Source: the human T2T-CHM13v2.0 reference genome, Homo sapiens
DNA: 64,000 bases
Assembly: GCF_009914755.1 (NCBI RefSeq)
Contig: NC_060932.1
Strand: one strand, 5' to 3'
The notes beneath the pieces were generated by a model. That model saw only the letters and a program-made list of their open reading frames with translations. It ran no database searches and had not been told where the DNA came from. Below, in pieces: positions 62,986 to 64,000 of this stretch (positions within the stretch are counted from its first letter, which is position 1; each line of letters starts with the position of its first letter). The position numbers and the translations under genes are program-made.

Positions 62986-63985
62986 TTGGTGGGTGGGTGC
63001 GGTTGTCATGAGTGTCCTTGTCAGGGCTGGTGTGGGTTGTTAGAGCAGCCGTCAGGATTGCTGCTGCCAGTGCTGTGCTCTTGTCAGAGTTGATGTCACT
63101 GTTGTCAGGGTTGCCATTGTCAGGGCTGTTGGTGATGATGCTGGGAGGGTTGCTGGCCCCAGAATTGCTGCTGCTGTTGTTGCTGTCAGCATTGCCATGA
63201 GCGTTGCTGCCTATGTTGATATTGGTGGTGTTATCATGGTGGCTGTTGCCCATGTTGTTGGTGGTACTTGGGTTGGTGTTAACGTGCTGTGGTTGATGTG
63301 TCACTGTTAGTGTGGATGTCAGTGTGGTTGGCATGCTGGTGTCCATGTTGCTGTTATTAGTGGTGATGTCAGTGTTGCTGGTGTGCTGTGGTTGGTGCAT
63401 TGCTGTTAATGTGTGTGTGAGTGTTGCTGCTGGTGTGTTGTGGTTGGTGCCTTGTTGTTAGTGTCTGTGTGAGTTGCTGGTGTGTTGTAGTTAGTGTGCT
63501 ATTAGCACCTGTGTGGGTGTTGCTGGTGTGTTGTTGTCAGTGTTGTTGTGTGTTGCTGCCAGTGCTGGTGTCAATGCTGTTATCAGTGTTGTTGTGTGTT
63601 GCCATGCCATGGTTAGTTGTGTTCTAGTCCATGTGCTGTGGTTGGGGCTGGCATTGCTGGTGTTGGCATTGGTGTTGTTGGGGTTGGGGTTGGTGGTGGT
63701 GGTGGTGGTGTGGTGTTGTTGGTGTTAGTGTTGGTGTTCTGATGTGGTGTTGGTGGTGTTGGTGTTGGTGGTGTTGTTGGTGTGGTGGTGTTGGTGTGGT
63801 GTTGTTGGTGTTGGTGTTGGTGGTGTTGGTGTTGGTGTGGTGTTGTTGGTGTTGGTGTGGTGTTGGTGTTGGTGGTGTTGGTGTTGTTGGTGCTGGTGTT
63901 GTTGGTGTTGGTGTGGTGTTCGTTGGTGTTGGTGGTGTTGGTGTTGGTGTTGGTGTCGTGTTGGTGTTGTGTTGGTGTGGTGTTC
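62986..63985. repeat. GT-rich low-complexity (TGT/TGG/TGC)n array, ~1 kb
   Basis: Degenerate from ~62990 and much purer (GGTGTT)n-like from ~63650. Confidence 0.93.
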
Positions 63986-64000
63986 TCAGGGCTGTTGTCC

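Noticed and set aside
62927-63728. Thr/Asn-rich mucin-like and Val/Leu/Cys-rich membrane-like ORFs
   Set aside because: Translations of the GT-rich low-complexity array.

Overview
This is non-coding primate genomic DNA (AluJ, AluS and hominoid-type AluY present; human/ape likely but not provable here). It is mostly GC-rich, with one AT-rich ~8.8 kb LINE-1 block at ~27-35.7 kb. I found no recognisable host protein-coding exon, RNA gene, CRISPR array or intact mobile element. The only ORFs with recognisable homology are decayed L1 ORF1/ORF2 fragments; the long ORFs at 39-40.5 kb and 63 kb are trinucleotide-repeat artefacts. The window reads as an intronic or intergenic mosaic of ancient repeats (MIR, L2, L1M/HAL1, MaLR and ERVL LTRs, hAT MITEs), five Alus and many local tandem duplications. 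Short AT-rich islands between them carry enhancer-like motif clusters. The most notable structures are: a ~1.4 kb (GAT/GGT)n expansion grown from a MIR tail and duplicated together with the MIR end; an L2-derived minisatellite with A/B higher-order structure and a nested 8-mer; a CpG-rich VNTR abutting a CTCF-like site; and a nested L1 cluster that keeps an ancient 5' end. I cannot support a claim of a new biological system. Repeat subfamily names come from recalled consensus sequences, and boundaries of old repeats are approximate.
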